This document shows, in pieces, positions 1 to 9,712 of a stretch of DNA of 64,000 nt. Source of the DNA: Candidatus Auribacterota bacterium (GTDB lineage Bacteria; Auribacterota; JAFGBW01; JAFGJP01); the NCBI GenBank assembly GCA_023144635.1, contig JAGLFH010000010.1, forward strand, positions 161 through 64,160, read 5' to 3'. Both the position numbers and the translations under genes were made by a program. The notes below the pieces were generated by a model that saw only the letters and a list, made by a program, of their open reading frames with translations, had not been told where the DNA came from and searched no databases. Numbering within the stretch: the first letter of the stretch is position 1; the number at the start of each line of letters is the position of its first letter.

Positions 1-3000
1 AAAGCTGCTGCTGTTTTATTGCCATATCATCTTTAAGTTGTTTTTCTCTTTTCTGATATTCCTTTAATTTAGCCTCATTCTTCTCGCTCATGGCCTCCAG
101 CTGCTTTTGCTTTGCATCTATCTGTGCTTCCTTGGACTTCATCTCCTGTTCAAAAATAAGGCTCTGCTGTGAATCCTGGTTCTTTATACTGCTTAAGGTT
201 TCCATAAGAGAATTTATTTCTTTCTCTTTATCTGTTAAAGATTTCTCATTCTGAAGTATCAGATGACTAAGTTCGTCTGTCTTTTTCTTTTCCTCTTGAA
301 GGTCTTTTTGAAGTTTTTTGCTTTTAACACTTATATCCTGACGAAGCTTTGCTATGTTTTTCTCTTTATCCTGAATTTCTTTTTGCTTTTCATTTAACTT
401 ATCTCTCGTATCCTGCAGCATGTCCTGCATCTCTTTACGCTTTTCTTCTTCTTTAGACTGTATTTCCAAAAGATCAGAATTATATACCTTAAGTTTTTCC
501 TTTAAACGTGCCTTTACTTCATCTTCCTTCTGAGATTCTATTTGTTTGGTGAGTTGGTCTATCTCTTTCCTGACAGCATCCTTTTCCTTTTCTGACTGAA
601 CCCTGCGCTTTTCATCTTTAGCCTGTGTCTTTTTCATTTCATTTTGAAGTGTGCTTATGTCAGTTATCTTTAGCTCAAGCTCCTTGTTCTTTGAATTAAG
701 CTCCTCTTCAAGCTTTTTCCTTAAGCCTTCCTGGTGAAGACGCTTTTGCTTTTCAGCCTCAAGACGGGATTTTTCCTGCTTAATAAGTTCCTTTAGTTCC
801 GTCTCTTTATTTGCTTGTTCCTTTTCCCTTAAATTAAGCTTTTTCTGCATCATCGCTATTTTTAGCTGATTCTCTTTTTCAAGCTGCTCCTGCTTTTCCT
901 TCTCCTTATCATTCATCTTTTTAAGATCAGCTATCTTTTGCTTGTATAAAGCAAGCTCCTTCTGGTGTTTTTTCTCAAGCTCTCTTTCCTTTTTCTTTTT
1001 CTTAGGGGATATTTTTTTATCTTTTTTCTTTTCAACGACTTTTATCGTTTCCTTGTCTTTTTCAACGAGTATTTTTGATGCAGCAGGTTTTCTCATGCTG
1101 AGTAATTCAACGTTTTTTAGATTTAAAGCAGAGGAATATATAGTTATATCGTCGATTTTACCCAGGAAAAAATCTTCTTTTTGAGATCCTGAGGCTCCTA
1201 TTACAAGAGGTGAGGTCTTAGATGAAGAAAAAATAGTGCTTTTTTTTATAACTAAATCAGAAATAAGCTTTCCATTTTTATAAAGGAATATCTTTTTGTT
1301 TTTGCCGTCTATAACAAGAACAACATGAGACCATGAATCTTTTTTTAGTAATTCAGGATCTTTAACAAGCTGAATGTTTTTACCATCTCCTAATCCTCCA
1401 TAAAGGTAACCGTTATCAACACCGATCAAATAAAACTCAAGAGGATTCTGCAGGCTTTGTTTAATTATAAGCTTTTGTTTTTCTGAAAAGTCTAAAGGAT
1501 TTATCCATAAACTTAAAGTTAGTACAGAAAATTGTCTTTGATATGCAGTGTCATTGATAGTGATGCTGTTTTGAAGAGACGATCCATTAAAAGCTGAACC
1601 GGTAATTCCTTTAGAAAAATTTCTTAAATTTTTTCTAAAGAAAGTTCCATTTTGATTACAGCCTGAGGAGTCCTTTATATTATATGGAGTATCCGTATCA
1701 AAATCAAAATGTCCTATAACGCTGTATCCATCAGGAAGCTGCATTATACTTTTGTCTGAAATATGTATATATGATGGATTAAATGAAGAAATTCCCTTTA
1801 TATCATCATTGTTTAATGCGGATTGATAAATGCGTACTTCATCGATAAGCCCATTAAAAAAATCGCCTTGTCCTTCTTTGCCTGCACCTATTACAATGTT
1901 TGCATTGAATGTCTCAATTCTATTTTTTGCTCTTTCAGTTTTTTTATGTTCTCCATCTACAAAAAGATGAAGTTTGGATTTGTCTGAGTCAAAAACAAAG
2001 GCAACATGATACCACTTATTAAGTTTAAGCGGGGTATCAGTCTGTATAAGAGAATAAACCTCTCCATCTCCGATCCCGCCATAAATATGACCATTGTCTT
2101 CACCTAAAAAGAAAAAGCCAAGAGGATTTTTAGAACTCATTTTTGATACTATTTTCCTCTTTTCACCAAAAGTTTTTATATTTATAAATGCACTTATCGT
2201 AAGAGGCTGGTAATTGACAGTTCGAGAAGAGGGTTCCATGACAATGGCACCTGATGTATTAGAAAAGTCTAAACATGTACGGTAATAACCATGATTCCAG
2301 TTTGATTTACCCATGTTTTTGAAAGTACATTTTGGAGAAGACCTGTTTGCGTCAAATACAATGTCACCCTTTGCTTCATCAAAAGTAAAATAATGAACCA
2401 GCTTTTGATCCTCTTTATAATTGATAATTTTTGCAGCAGATGTGCGATTCATATCTTTTTTGTAATAATTTTGTATAAGATTTAATGGTAAAGCTTTTCT
2501 ATACATTCTTAATTCATCTATATTTCCATTTAAATGATCTGCTTTACCTTGATAGTCAGCACCTATATATAAATCTGTGTCCTCTCCACCAATGGCAAGA
2601 TCACACTTCTTCTCTCCATCAAGTTTGCCGTTTACATATACTTTCATAGACTTTTTGTCACGGTCATAAGTAAAAGCAATATGAGACCATTCATCTTTTT
2701 TTAAAACGGTTTTTCCCTTAACGAACAAATAATCTTTCCCGTCTCCGATACCAGCAGAAACCTGTTTTTTTTCAAGTTGAAGAAGATAAAAGCTTCTTTT
2801 GTCAAGCATACTTCTTTTAGAGACTATTTTTTGTCTTACCGGAAAAGATAATGGCTTAAGCCAGAGCATTACGGTGAATGATTTTGAGAAAGTAAGGTAT
2901 TTAGATGAACTTACGGATGCTCCTCCTTTTGGGTGTATTGAGGAGCCGAACATTCCTTCAGGCCAGCTTTTCAGTAAAATATCTTTTCTGTAAAGAGTAT

Positions 3001-3217
3001 GTTTATATCCTGATAAGTCAAAGGCCTTGCTGCCTTTACCTTCATCGAAAGGCCAGTAAAGGACAAGACTTCTCTGATAAGAAGAGTTATCATGCGATTC
3101 TTCTTTTTCCTGAGCCAAACACGTGGAAAGTGTCAGCATTCCAATAAATAAGGCAAAGCAAAAATAAAAGCAAGAATCTATTTTTTCTTGCAAATATATA
3201 CTCTTTTGTCTTAACAT
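1..3217 (-). CDS. Secreted protein with three LamG / concanavalin-A-like lectin repeats and a long C-terminal K/E-rich coiled coil. The 3' end runs off the window.
   Basis: My translation of the minus strand from the ATG at 3217 gives MLRQKSIYLQEKIDSCFYFCFALFIGMLTLSTCLAQ (signal-like). Three repeats follow, each ending in a LamG-type motif: GNIDELRMYRKAL (~2500), IDEVRIYQSALN (~1840), GKIDDITIYSSALN (~1150). Positions ~1100-1 read as heptad-like KEKE sequence, and the frame is still open at position 1. It is missing from the ORF track because there is no stop in the window. Confidence 0.75.
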   Translation of the reverse strand, partial: MLRQKSIYLQEKIDSCFYFCFALFIGMLTLSTCLAQEKEESHDNSSYQRSLVLYWPFDEGKGSKAFDLSGYKHTLYRKDILLKSWPEGMFGSSIHPKGGASVSSSKYLTFSKSFTVMLWLKPLSFPVRQKIVSKRSMLDKRSFYLLQLEKKQVSAGIGDGKDYLFVKGKTVLKKDEWSHIAFTYDRDKKSMKVYVNGKLDGEKKCDLAIGGEDTDLYIGADYQGKADHLNGNIDELRMYRKALPLNLIQNYYKKDMNRTSAAKIINYKEDQKLVHYFTFDEAKGDIVFDANRSSPKCTFKNMGKSNWNHGYYRTCLDFSNTSGAIVMEPSSRTVNYQPLTISAFINIKTFGEKRKIVSKMSSKNPLGFFFLGEDNGHIYGGIGDGEVYSLIQTDTPLKLNKWYHVAFVFDSDKSKLHLFVDGEHKKTERAKNRIETFNANIVIGAGKEGQGDFFNGLIDEVRIYQSALNNDDIKGISSFNPSYIHISDKSIMQLPDGYSVIGHFDFDTDTPYNIKDSSGCNQNGTFFRKNLRNFSKGITGSAFNGSSLQNSITINDTAYQRQFSVLTLSLWINPLDFSEKQKLIIKQSLQNPLEFYLIGVDNGYLYGGLGDGKNIQLVKDPELLKKDSWSHVVLVIDGKNKKIFLYKNGKLISDLVIKKSTIFSSSKTSPLVIGASGSQKEDFFLGKIDDITIYSSALNLKNVELLSMRKPAASKILVEKDKETIKVVEKKKDKKISPKKKKKERELEKKHQKELALYKQKIADLKKMNDKEKEKQEQLEKENQLKIAMMQKKLNLREKEQANKETELKELIKQEKSRLEAEKQKRLHQEGLRKKLEEELNSKNKELELKITDISTLQNEMKKTQAKDEKRRVQSEKEKDAVRKEIDQLTKQIESQKEDEVKARLKEKLKVYNSDLLEIQSKEEEKRKEMQDMLQDTRDKLNEKQKEIQDKEKNIAKLRQDISVKSKKLQKDLQEEKKKTDELSHLILQNEKSLTDKEKEINSLMETLSSIKNQDSQQSLIFEQEMKSKEAQIDAKQKQLEAMSEKNEAKLKEYQKREKQLKDDMAIKQQQL

Positions 3218-3283
3218 CTCACGCAGTCTATTTATGTTTTTAGATTAATAACTAATAATAAAAAGTAATTATAAAAGAAAATA

Positions 3284-3772
3284 ATGAAAAGTGATACTGA
3301 AAATTTCACAAAAGGGGATAATATTTATCAAAAACAAAATAAATTTTATTATTCCCATCCACGCCCTTTATTAACAGTAGATAATATAATATATATTAAG
3401 AATACTAAAAAGATTCTTCTTATTAAAAGGAAAAACGATCCTTTTAAAGGATACTGGGCTTTACCGGGTGGATATATGGAAATGCATGAAAAAATCTCCG
3501 GGGCAGCTTTAAGAGAGCTTAAAGAAGAGACAGGTCTTTCATTATCAAATTTGAAGTTTTTTAAATATTTTGATACTGTTAAGCGTGATCCAAGAGATAG
3601 GACAATTACTTTTGTGTTTTATGATGTTTTAGATGAAGAAGTAAAGGTATATGCTGCAAGTGATTCTAAAGAAACAAAATGGTTAGAAATAAAAGCCATT
3701 AAAAAACTTGCCTTTGATCATGGAAAGATCTTAAATGAATTTTTAACTTATTTGAAGGAGCAACATAGATGA
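3284..3772 (+). CDS. NUDIX hydrolase
   Basis: Nudix box GGYMEMHEKISGAALRELKEETGL (GX5EX7REUXEEXGU) in the 162-aa ORF. Confidence 0.85.
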   Translation: MKSDTENFTKGDNIYQKQNKFYYSHPRPLLTVDNIIYIKNTKKILLIKRKNDPFKGYWALPGGYMEMHEKISGAALRELKEETGLSLSNLKFFKYFDTVKRDPRDRTITFVFYDVLDEEVKVYAASDSKETKWLEIKAIKKLAFDHGKILNEFLTYLKEQHR

Positions 3773-5049
3773 AGAACTTTGAGCCGGTGATTATTTATAA
3801 TCTTTTTCCTCGTTTGGTTGGGAATATTGAAAAATGGGGTGATCATATTAACCGTATTGCGAAAATGGGGTTTAACTGGATATATATTAATCCTTTTCAC
3901 TATCCTGGATTTTCTGGAAGTCTTTATGCCCCAAAAGATTATTATGCTTTTAATCCTATATTCATCGAAGATGATAAAGATGGATTTAAGCAATTAAGTG
4001 AATTTAATGAAAAATGCATGAAAAAGGGTATAAAAGTAATGATGGATCTCGTAATAAATCATTCTGCATCAGACTGTGTTCTTGTTAAAAAACATCCCAC
4101 TTGGTATAAGAGGGAAAAAAATGGAGACCTGATGCATCCTTTTTGCGTAGATCCTGCCGATACGACAAAAAAGACTGTTTGGGGTGATCTTGCTGAAATC
4201 GATAATGATCCTGCGTCTCCCAACAAAAATAAATTATGGAAATACTGGCTTGATCTGATAAAAAAATATAAAAGCATTGGGTTTAAAGGTTTTCGTGCTG
4301 ATGCGGCATATAAAGTACCAACAGAACTTTGGGAATTCCTTATAAAAAAAACAAAGAGCAATGATCCCGAAATACTTTTTTTTGCAGAAACGCTTGGTGC
4401 TGAAGAATCAGATCTTGAAAATGTGGTTAGAGCTGGTTTTGATTGTGTGACAAACAGTTCAAAATGGTGGGATTTTAAAGAAGACTGGTGTATAGATCAG
4501 TACAATACTTATCGCTTACATACGCCTTCAATAAGTTTTCCTGAAACACATGATACTTCCAGGCTTTACAAGGACCTGAATGAGAATATCAATGGTCAAA
4601 AAATGTGGTATGCTTTCAGTGCATTTTTTTCTTCTGGAGTAATGATGCCTCTAGGATATGAATGGGGAGCATTGAAAAGAGTAGATGTTGTGCATACCAT
4701 GCCGGAAGATATGGAAGATAAAAGAATTGATATATCAGCTTTTATCAAAAAGGTAAATATTATTAAGAAAAAGTATTCTGTTTTTGGATATGATTCAGAG
4801 ATTAGAGTTTTAAGCTCTCCAGAAGACAACATTTTTGTTATGCAAAAGGTTTCTAAAAAAACAGATGATTGTATACTGATAATAATAAATAAAGATATTA
4901 GTAAAGATAATTATTTGGATAGTGACATATTGAAAAAACTTGACGGCAAAAAACAATATCTAAAAGAAGTCTTTCCTTTAAAAAGATCAGCTTCAAAATA
5001 TGAGCCAAGATTTGAGCCAGGAGAAGTAAGGGTGTTAATTAAGGGCTAG
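3769..5049 (+). CDS. Alpha-amylase family (GH13-like) glycoside hydrolase or transferase
   Basis: GH13 conserved-region-like motifs DLVINHSA, GFRADAAYKVP, FFAETLG, PETHDT. Overlaps the NUDIX gene stop by 4 nt (ATGA). Confidence 0.7.
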   Translation: MKNFEPVIIYNLFPRLVGNIEKWGDHINRIAKMGFNWIYINPFHYPGFSGSLYAPKDYYAFNPIFIEDDKDGFKQLSEFNEKCMKKGIKVMMDLVINHSASDCVLVKKHPTWYKREKNGDLMHPFCVDPADTTKKTVWGDLAEIDNDPASPNKNKLWKYWLDLIKKYKSIGFKGFRADAAYKVPTELWEFLIKKTKSNDPEILFFAETLGAEESDLENVVRAGFDCVTNSSKWWDFKEDWCIDQYNTYRLHTPSISFPETHDTSRLYKDLNENINGQKMWYAFSAFFSSGVMMPLGYEWGALKRVDVVHTMPEDMEDKRIDISAFIKKVNIIKKKYSVFGYDSEIRVLSSPEDNIFVMQKVSKKTDDCILIIINKDISKDNYLDSDILKKLDGKKQYLKEVFPLKRSASKYEPRFEPGEVRVLIKG

Positions 5050-5131
5050 AATTTAAAAGCAACTATCTTGATTACTTTCTTAAGAAAAGGCTTAAGGTTT
5101 AATAGAAAAACAGGAAAAGAAGAGGTTATAT

Positions 5132-5524
5132 ATGAACAGAGAACTTATTGTAGTTGGAGATCGTGTACTCCTACAGCCGGATAATGAGCAGGATAAAACA
5201 AATGCTGGCCTTTATTTGCCTCAAGGAGTTAAGGAAAAGGAAAAAATTCAAAGTGGCCGTATAGTTAAGACCGGACCTGGAATTCCTATGCCTGACCCAC
5301 AGTCCATGAATGAAGAACCATGGAAGGTTACAGATAAAAAAGATACTAAATATTTTCCTCTTCAGGCAAATGAAAACGATCATGCTATTTTTTTGAGAAA
5401 TGCTGCTATTGAAATAGAATTTGAAGGGACGGTCTATCTTATCGTACCTCATTCTGCTATTTTAGTCATAATCCGTGATAAAATTAACCATATGATCAAA
5501 GAGATGATAGAAAAGGAAGATTAA
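5132..5524 (+). CDS. GroES/Cpn10-family protein with an internal insertion
   Basis: N-terminus VGDRVLLQP...TNAGLYLPQGVKEKEKIQSGRIVKTGPG resembles the Cpn10 mobile-loop region. 130 aa against ~95 aa for a typical GroES. No groEL follows. Confidence 0.5.
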   Translation: MNRELIVVGDRVLLQPDNEQDKTNAGLYLPQGVKEKEKIQSGRIVKTGPGIPMPDPQSMNEEPWKVTDKKDTKYFPLQANENDHAIFLRNAAIEIEFEGTVYLIVPHSAILVIIRDKINHMIKEMIEKED

Positions 5525-5558
5525 TGATCTTATAACATCTAAAAAGGAAAGTTCATAT

Positions 5559-6029
5559 ATGAAGCTTTATATTATACGTCATGGGGATGCTGTATCGAAA
5601 AGTACGGATCTATTACGTCCATTATCAGAAGTAGGTAAGGTGCAATCAAAAAAAATTGGTGCTTTTTTAAACAGATTAAAGATTGCTCCTGCCATTATGA
5701 TGCATAGCACGAAAACAAGAGCAGAACAAACTGCAAACATTATATCTGAAAAAATTGGTTATTATGGTCCAGTTAATGTTAGAGAAGAATTGTCTCCAGA
5801 CTATCCTATAGATATAATTGCAAAAGAAATTTTGGAATCAAATGAAGATACCGTCATAATTGGCCATTTGCCTTTTTTGTCTTATCTAACTTCTTACCTG
5901 TTATCAAAGAAAGATGGAACAAGTTTTTGTGATTTTAATGAAGCTACAGTAATTTGTTTAGAAAAGAATAACTCGAACAAAAAATTTTATCTGGTATACT
6001 CTGTTTCTCCAGATCTTTTGGAGGATTAA
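5559..6029 (+). CDS. sixA: Phosphohistidine phosphatase SixA-like (histidine phosphatase superfamily)
   Basis: N-terminal LYIIRHGDA catalytic motif, HS..RA.QTA motif, ~156 aa. Confidence 0.75.
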   Translation: MKLYIIRHGDAVSKSTDLLRPLSEVGKVQSKKIGAFLNRLKIAPAIMMHSTKTRAEQTANIISEKIGYYGPVNVREELSPDYPIDIIAKEILESNEDTVIIGHLPFLSYLTSYLLSKKDGTSFCDFNEATVICLEKNNSNKKFYLVYSVSPDLLED

Positions 6030-6109
6030 TAAATTAACATGTTAAGTTAATTGTTAGTAAAGAATAAGCTCGTGGTTGAATCCGTAACGGTTTGATAAAC
6101 TGTTTAGCC

Positions 6110-6505
6110 TTACTTGAACCTAACTGCAATTCCTTTTACAAAAAGTTTGTCGGATGTTGAAAAATCTCCTTCTGTGGAAAAAGTTACAAATATAACGGCA
6201 TCAGCTCCCATTGAAAAGGCAAACTGTTTCATTTTAACAAGAGAAAGATTTCTGCATTGTGGTTCAAATCTGTTTACCTGAACTTCGATCTCGCCTATTA
6301 CAATGTATTCTTTTTCCTTAAGGTCAGTCTCAAGAATTATAATTTTATCAAACGGTTTTTCAGCTTCAAATGAACGGTTCCCAGGAACATCAGTATTGTT
6401 TATTTCACTGTTGCAATGTGAATTAGAAGAAAAAGAAGTACACAATATACATATTAGCAAAAAGAAAATAAATTTTTTGTACAAAAATGATGGTCTAATT
6501 ATCAT
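6110..6505 (-). CDS. Small secreted hypothetical protein
   Basis: 131-aa ORF with a hydrophobic N-terminal signal-like segment FIFFLLICILCTSFSS. No recognisable domain. Confidence 0.5.
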   Translation of the reverse strand: MIIRPSFLYKKFIFFLLICILCTSFSSNSHCNSEINNTDVPGNRSFEAEKPFDKIIILETDLKEKEYIVIGEIEVQVNRFEPQCRNLSLVKMKQFAFSMGADAVIFVTFSTEGDFSTSDKLFVKGIAVRFK

Positions 6506-6629
6506 AACGCCCCTAATATAATTTTAGTATAAAATTAGCGGTATGTAAATGGGGAATAGATATATTTGCGACTGCCACGCGTAACATCCTGTAATGCGGT
6601 TGTATATATCAACACATTGAAGTGATAGA

Positions 6630-7106
6630 TTATGTTTTTTTCTTTATGGCCTTTATAACATAGTCCGGGACAAACTTTGAAAGATCCCCTTTAAATCTTG
6701 CTATTTCTTTTATCATCTTTGAGCTGACAAAAGAATATTGGGAATCTGACATTATAAAAAGCGTCTCTATTTCAGGGCAGATTTCTTTATTCATTAAGGC
6801 CATCTGAAACTCGTACTCAAAGTCTGATACTGCACGCAAACCACGTATTATGCACTTTGCGTTAATATTTTTTGAAAAATCTACTAAAACTTTATTAAAT
6901 GGTGTAACAGTTACATTCTTTATATTTGCCGTAACTTTTTTAACCATTTTTGTGCGTTCCTTGTGGGTAAAAAGAGGGTTCTTTTCACGATTTACGGCAA
7001 CTGCTACAACAAGTTCGTCAAAAAGAGCAGAGGCTCTTCTAATTATATCTATATGGCCGTATGTTATAGGATCAAATGTTCCTGGATAAATAGCTTTTTT
7101 TCTCAT
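6630..7106 (-). CDS. coaD: Phosphopantetheine adenylyltransferase
   Basis: AIYPGTFDPITYGHIDIIRRA (T/HxGH nucleotidyltransferase motif), 158 aa, typical CoaD length. Confidence 0.9.
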   Translation of the reverse strand: MRKKAIYPGTFDPITYGHIDIIRRASALFDELVVAVAVNREKNPLFTHKERTKMVKKVTANIKNVTVTPFNKVLVDFSKNINAKCIIRGLRAVSDFEYEFQMALMNKEICPEIETLFIMSDSQYSFVSSKMIKEIARFKGDLSKFVPDYVIKAIKKKT

Positions 7107-7262
7107 AATACTCCTGCCTTATGCTCCCATAATTTATAATATAAAGACTATACTATCTATTTTTAAATATATATATCGAAAAACATTGAAAAATAATAAA
7201 TAACGTATTATAGTAAAAAACTTTAATTTAATATATAGCAAAAGTTTAAGGAAATATAATAT

Positions 7263-8096
7263 ATGAAAAAAGCTCTAGTTAGAAACAGAAGATTCGGCAG
7301 GGTAGATGTTTATACTACGAACATAGAAAGCCTTGAAAGTCATGATACCTGTGTTTTGGCAAATGATCGTGGCTTTGATTATGGTACTTTTGTAAGATAT
7401 TGCGATACAGAAGGAACGGGTGATAAAAAAGAAGACTTTCCAAAGATAGAAAGAAGAGCAACACAAGCTGACAAGCGAAAAATTGAACAAAACATGATAG
7501 AGGAAAAAAAGGGTTTTGATATCTGTCAGAAAAAGATGAAGGAATTCAAAAAAGAAATGAAGCTGGTTTCTGTTGAATATACTTTTGATAAAACAAAAAT
7601 GATCTTTTATTTTACGGCTAAAGGAAGAATAGATTTCAGGGATCTTGTTAAAGATCTTGCATCTACTTTTAAGACAAGGATCGAACTTCGCCAGATAGGT
7701 GTAAGAGATGAGTCAAAAATGATTGGCGGAATAGGTCCGTGTGGAAGGATTCTTTGTTGTAAATTATGGATACGTGAATTTGATGCAGTCAATATAAAAA
7801 TGGCAAAAACACAGCGCTTATCTCTTAATCCGGAAAAAATATCAGGTCTTTGTGGTCGTTTATTGTGCTGTCTTCGCTATGAGTATTTTACTTATAAATT
7901 TCATGAAGGGAAGATTCCGCTAGAAGGAAGTTTTGTGAAATATAAGGATGAAGTGGGGCAAGTAGCGGCTGTAAATATTTTAAAAGGAACATTGTTTGTA
8001 TATTTTAATGATGGTAAAAAACTCGAGATAAACGGAAGCGATTGTTTGGTCGTTGAAAAGAAATCCAAAAAACGGGAAAATTTAAATGGAAAGTAA
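7263..8096 (+). CDS. PSP1 domain protein (RicT/YaaT-like)
   Basis: PSP1 C-terminal signature FYFTAKGRIDFRDLVKDLASTFKTRIELRQIGVRDESKMIGGIGPCGRILCC. Lies just upstream of metG, as in Bacillus. Confidence 0.85.
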   Translation: MKKALVRNRRFGRVDVYTTNIESLESHDTCVLANDRGFDYGTFVRYCDTEGTGDKKEDFPKIERRATQADKRKIEQNMIEEKKGFDICQKKMKEFKKEMKLVSVEYTFDKTKMIFYFTAKGRIDFRDLVKDLASTFKTRIELRQIGVRDESKMIGGIGPCGRILCCKLWIREFDAVNIKMAKTQRLSLNPEKISGLCGRLLCCLRYEYFTYKFHEGKIPLEGSFVKYKDEVGQVAAVNILKGTLFVYFNDGKKLEINGSDCLVVEKKSKKRENLNGK

Positions 8097-9633
8097 GAAT
8101 ACTTACTACCTTACTACAGCTATTGATTATGTAAATTCAAAACCTCATATTGGGACAGCTTATGAGAAAATAACTGCTGATTCCCTAGCAAGATTTTACC
8201 GAATTACTGGAAAAGAAGTCCTTTTTTTAATGGGAGCTGATGAACATAGCTTGAATGTGCAAAGACAGGCTCAAAAACTAGGAATAGATACAATAAAATA
8301 CTGTGATGATATGGCTAAGGAGTTTGCTGATACGTGGGAAAAACTTTCAATTTCTTATGATGATTTTATAAGGACCACTGAAAAAAGACATATAGATACA
8401 GTTAAAGATTTTTTTAATAAGATGTATGAGAAGGGTGACATATACAAAGGAGTATATGAGGGGCCGTATTGCGAATCTTGTGAGGCTTTCATTAAAGAGG
8501 CGGATCTTGATGATGGAAAATGTTCTGTACATGGAATTGACGCTGCTTGGATAAAAGAAGATAATTATTTTTTTAAACTGTCATCTTACAGCGACAGATT
8601 ACTTGAACATATTGAGAAAAATAAAGATTTTATACAGCCTGAAATAAGAAGAAATGAAATAATAAATGTAATAAAAGGCGGATTAGAGGATATAAGTGTT
8701 TCAAGAAGTTCTGTTTCATGGGGAATATCTCTTCCGCAAGATGAGACACAGGTCGTATATGTGTGGTTTGACGCTTTAATAAATTATGTTTCAGGAGCAG
8801 GATATACTGATAATCGTGAAAGATTTGAAAAATTCTGGCCGGCCAATCTCCATGTTATAGGAAAAGATATAACCCGCTTTCATTGTATAATATGGCCTAC
8901 AATGCTTATGTCTGTAGGAATTCCTCTTCCCTCAACTGTTTTTGGTCATGGTTTTGTTTCAATTGAAGGAGAAAAAATGAGCAAGACTAAAGGAACTGTC
9001 GTCTATCCGCAAAATGTTGCAGAGAAATACGGAGAGGATGCCTTGAGGTATTTTTTGCTTCGCGAGATCCCCTTTGATAAAGATGGCGACTTTTCTATAG
9101 AAAAATTGGAAAACAGATTTAATTCTGATCTTGCAAATGATTTGGGCAATCTTTTAAGCCGTGTCGTTACATTAGCAGAAAAAAAACTAGATGGAAAAGT
9201 ATACAGGTCAAAAGAAATAAAAGAGAAAGATGAAGATATAGCACTTAGGAAGAGTTCGGAAGATACATTAAAGAAAATGATAAGCAGCATGGAAACTTAT
9301 CATATTGAAAATGCTGTTAAAGCTGTTTGGTCTTTTATACAGAACTGTAATCGTTATGTAGAGATCACAGCACCATGGACGCTTTTAAAAGATCCTGATA
9401 AGTTCGAGCGATTCAAGGAAGTTATTTATAATCTTGTAGAGAGTTTGCACTTTATAGGAAAAATGATCTATCCATTTATTCCCGGAACTTCAAAAAAGAT
9501 GCTTGAACAGATCGGTATAAAAATAAATAGTCCTCAAGATATAAATTTAAAAGAACTGTCATGGGGTAAAGAATATAAAGAATTTTTAGTAACAAAAAAA
9601 GAACCATTGTTTCCACGTTTAGAAAAAAAGTGA
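8086..9633 (+). CDS. metG: Methionine--tRNA ligase (short form)
   Basis: Class I HIGH-like KPHIGTAY, KMSKT motif (EKMSKTKG), Zn-knuckle cysteines CESCEAF...CSVHG. Confidence 0.92.
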   Translation: MESKNTYYLTTAIDYVNSKPHIGTAYEKITADSLARFYRITGKEVLFLMGADEHSLNVQRQAQKLGIDTIKYCDDMAKEFADTWEKLSISYDDFIRTTEKRHIDTVKDFFNKMYEKGDIYKGVYEGPYCESCEAFIKEADLDDGKCSVHGIDAAWIKEDNYFFKLSSYSDRLLEHIEKNKDFIQPEIRRNEIINVIKGGLEDISVSRSSVSWGISLPQDETQVVYVWFDALINYVSGAGYTDNRERFEKFWPANLHVIGKDITRFHCIIWPTMLMSVGIPLPSTVFGHGFVSIEGEKMSKTKGTVVYPQNVAEKYGEDALRYFLLREIPFDKDGDFSIEKLENRFNSDLANDLGNLLSRVVTLAEKKLDGKVYRSKEIKEKDEDIALRKSSEDTLKKMISSMETYHIENAVKAVWSFIQNCNRYVEITAPWTLLKDPDKFERFKEVIYNLVESLHFIGKMIYPFIPGTSKKMLEQIGIKINSPQDINLKELSWGKEYKEFLVTKKEPLFPRLEKK

Positions 9634-9712
9634 ACGGGAAATGAATTAATGTGCGAAGCACTCCTTTTACGAATGACTAACAACAAACGACTAACAACTG
9701 AGCGAAGCTCTT

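Noticed and set aside
942-1184. 80-aa plus-strand ORF (also 2799-2993 and 2905-3147) inside the first 3.2 kb
   Set aside because: These are antisense to the long, domain-bearing LamG/coiled-coil ORF. Their translations are low-complexity F/S/L-rich mirror products of the K/E-rich sense frame.
3748-3993. Numerous 60-170-aa antisense ORFs inside the annotated genes (for example 4059-4361, 11783-12040, 32734-33156, 44727-45188, 45460-45966, 56013-56477, 61972-62505)
   Set aside because: Each lies wholly within, and antisense to, a longer ORF with clear family motifs. Such shadow ORFs are expected in AT-rich, lysine-rich coding sequence.
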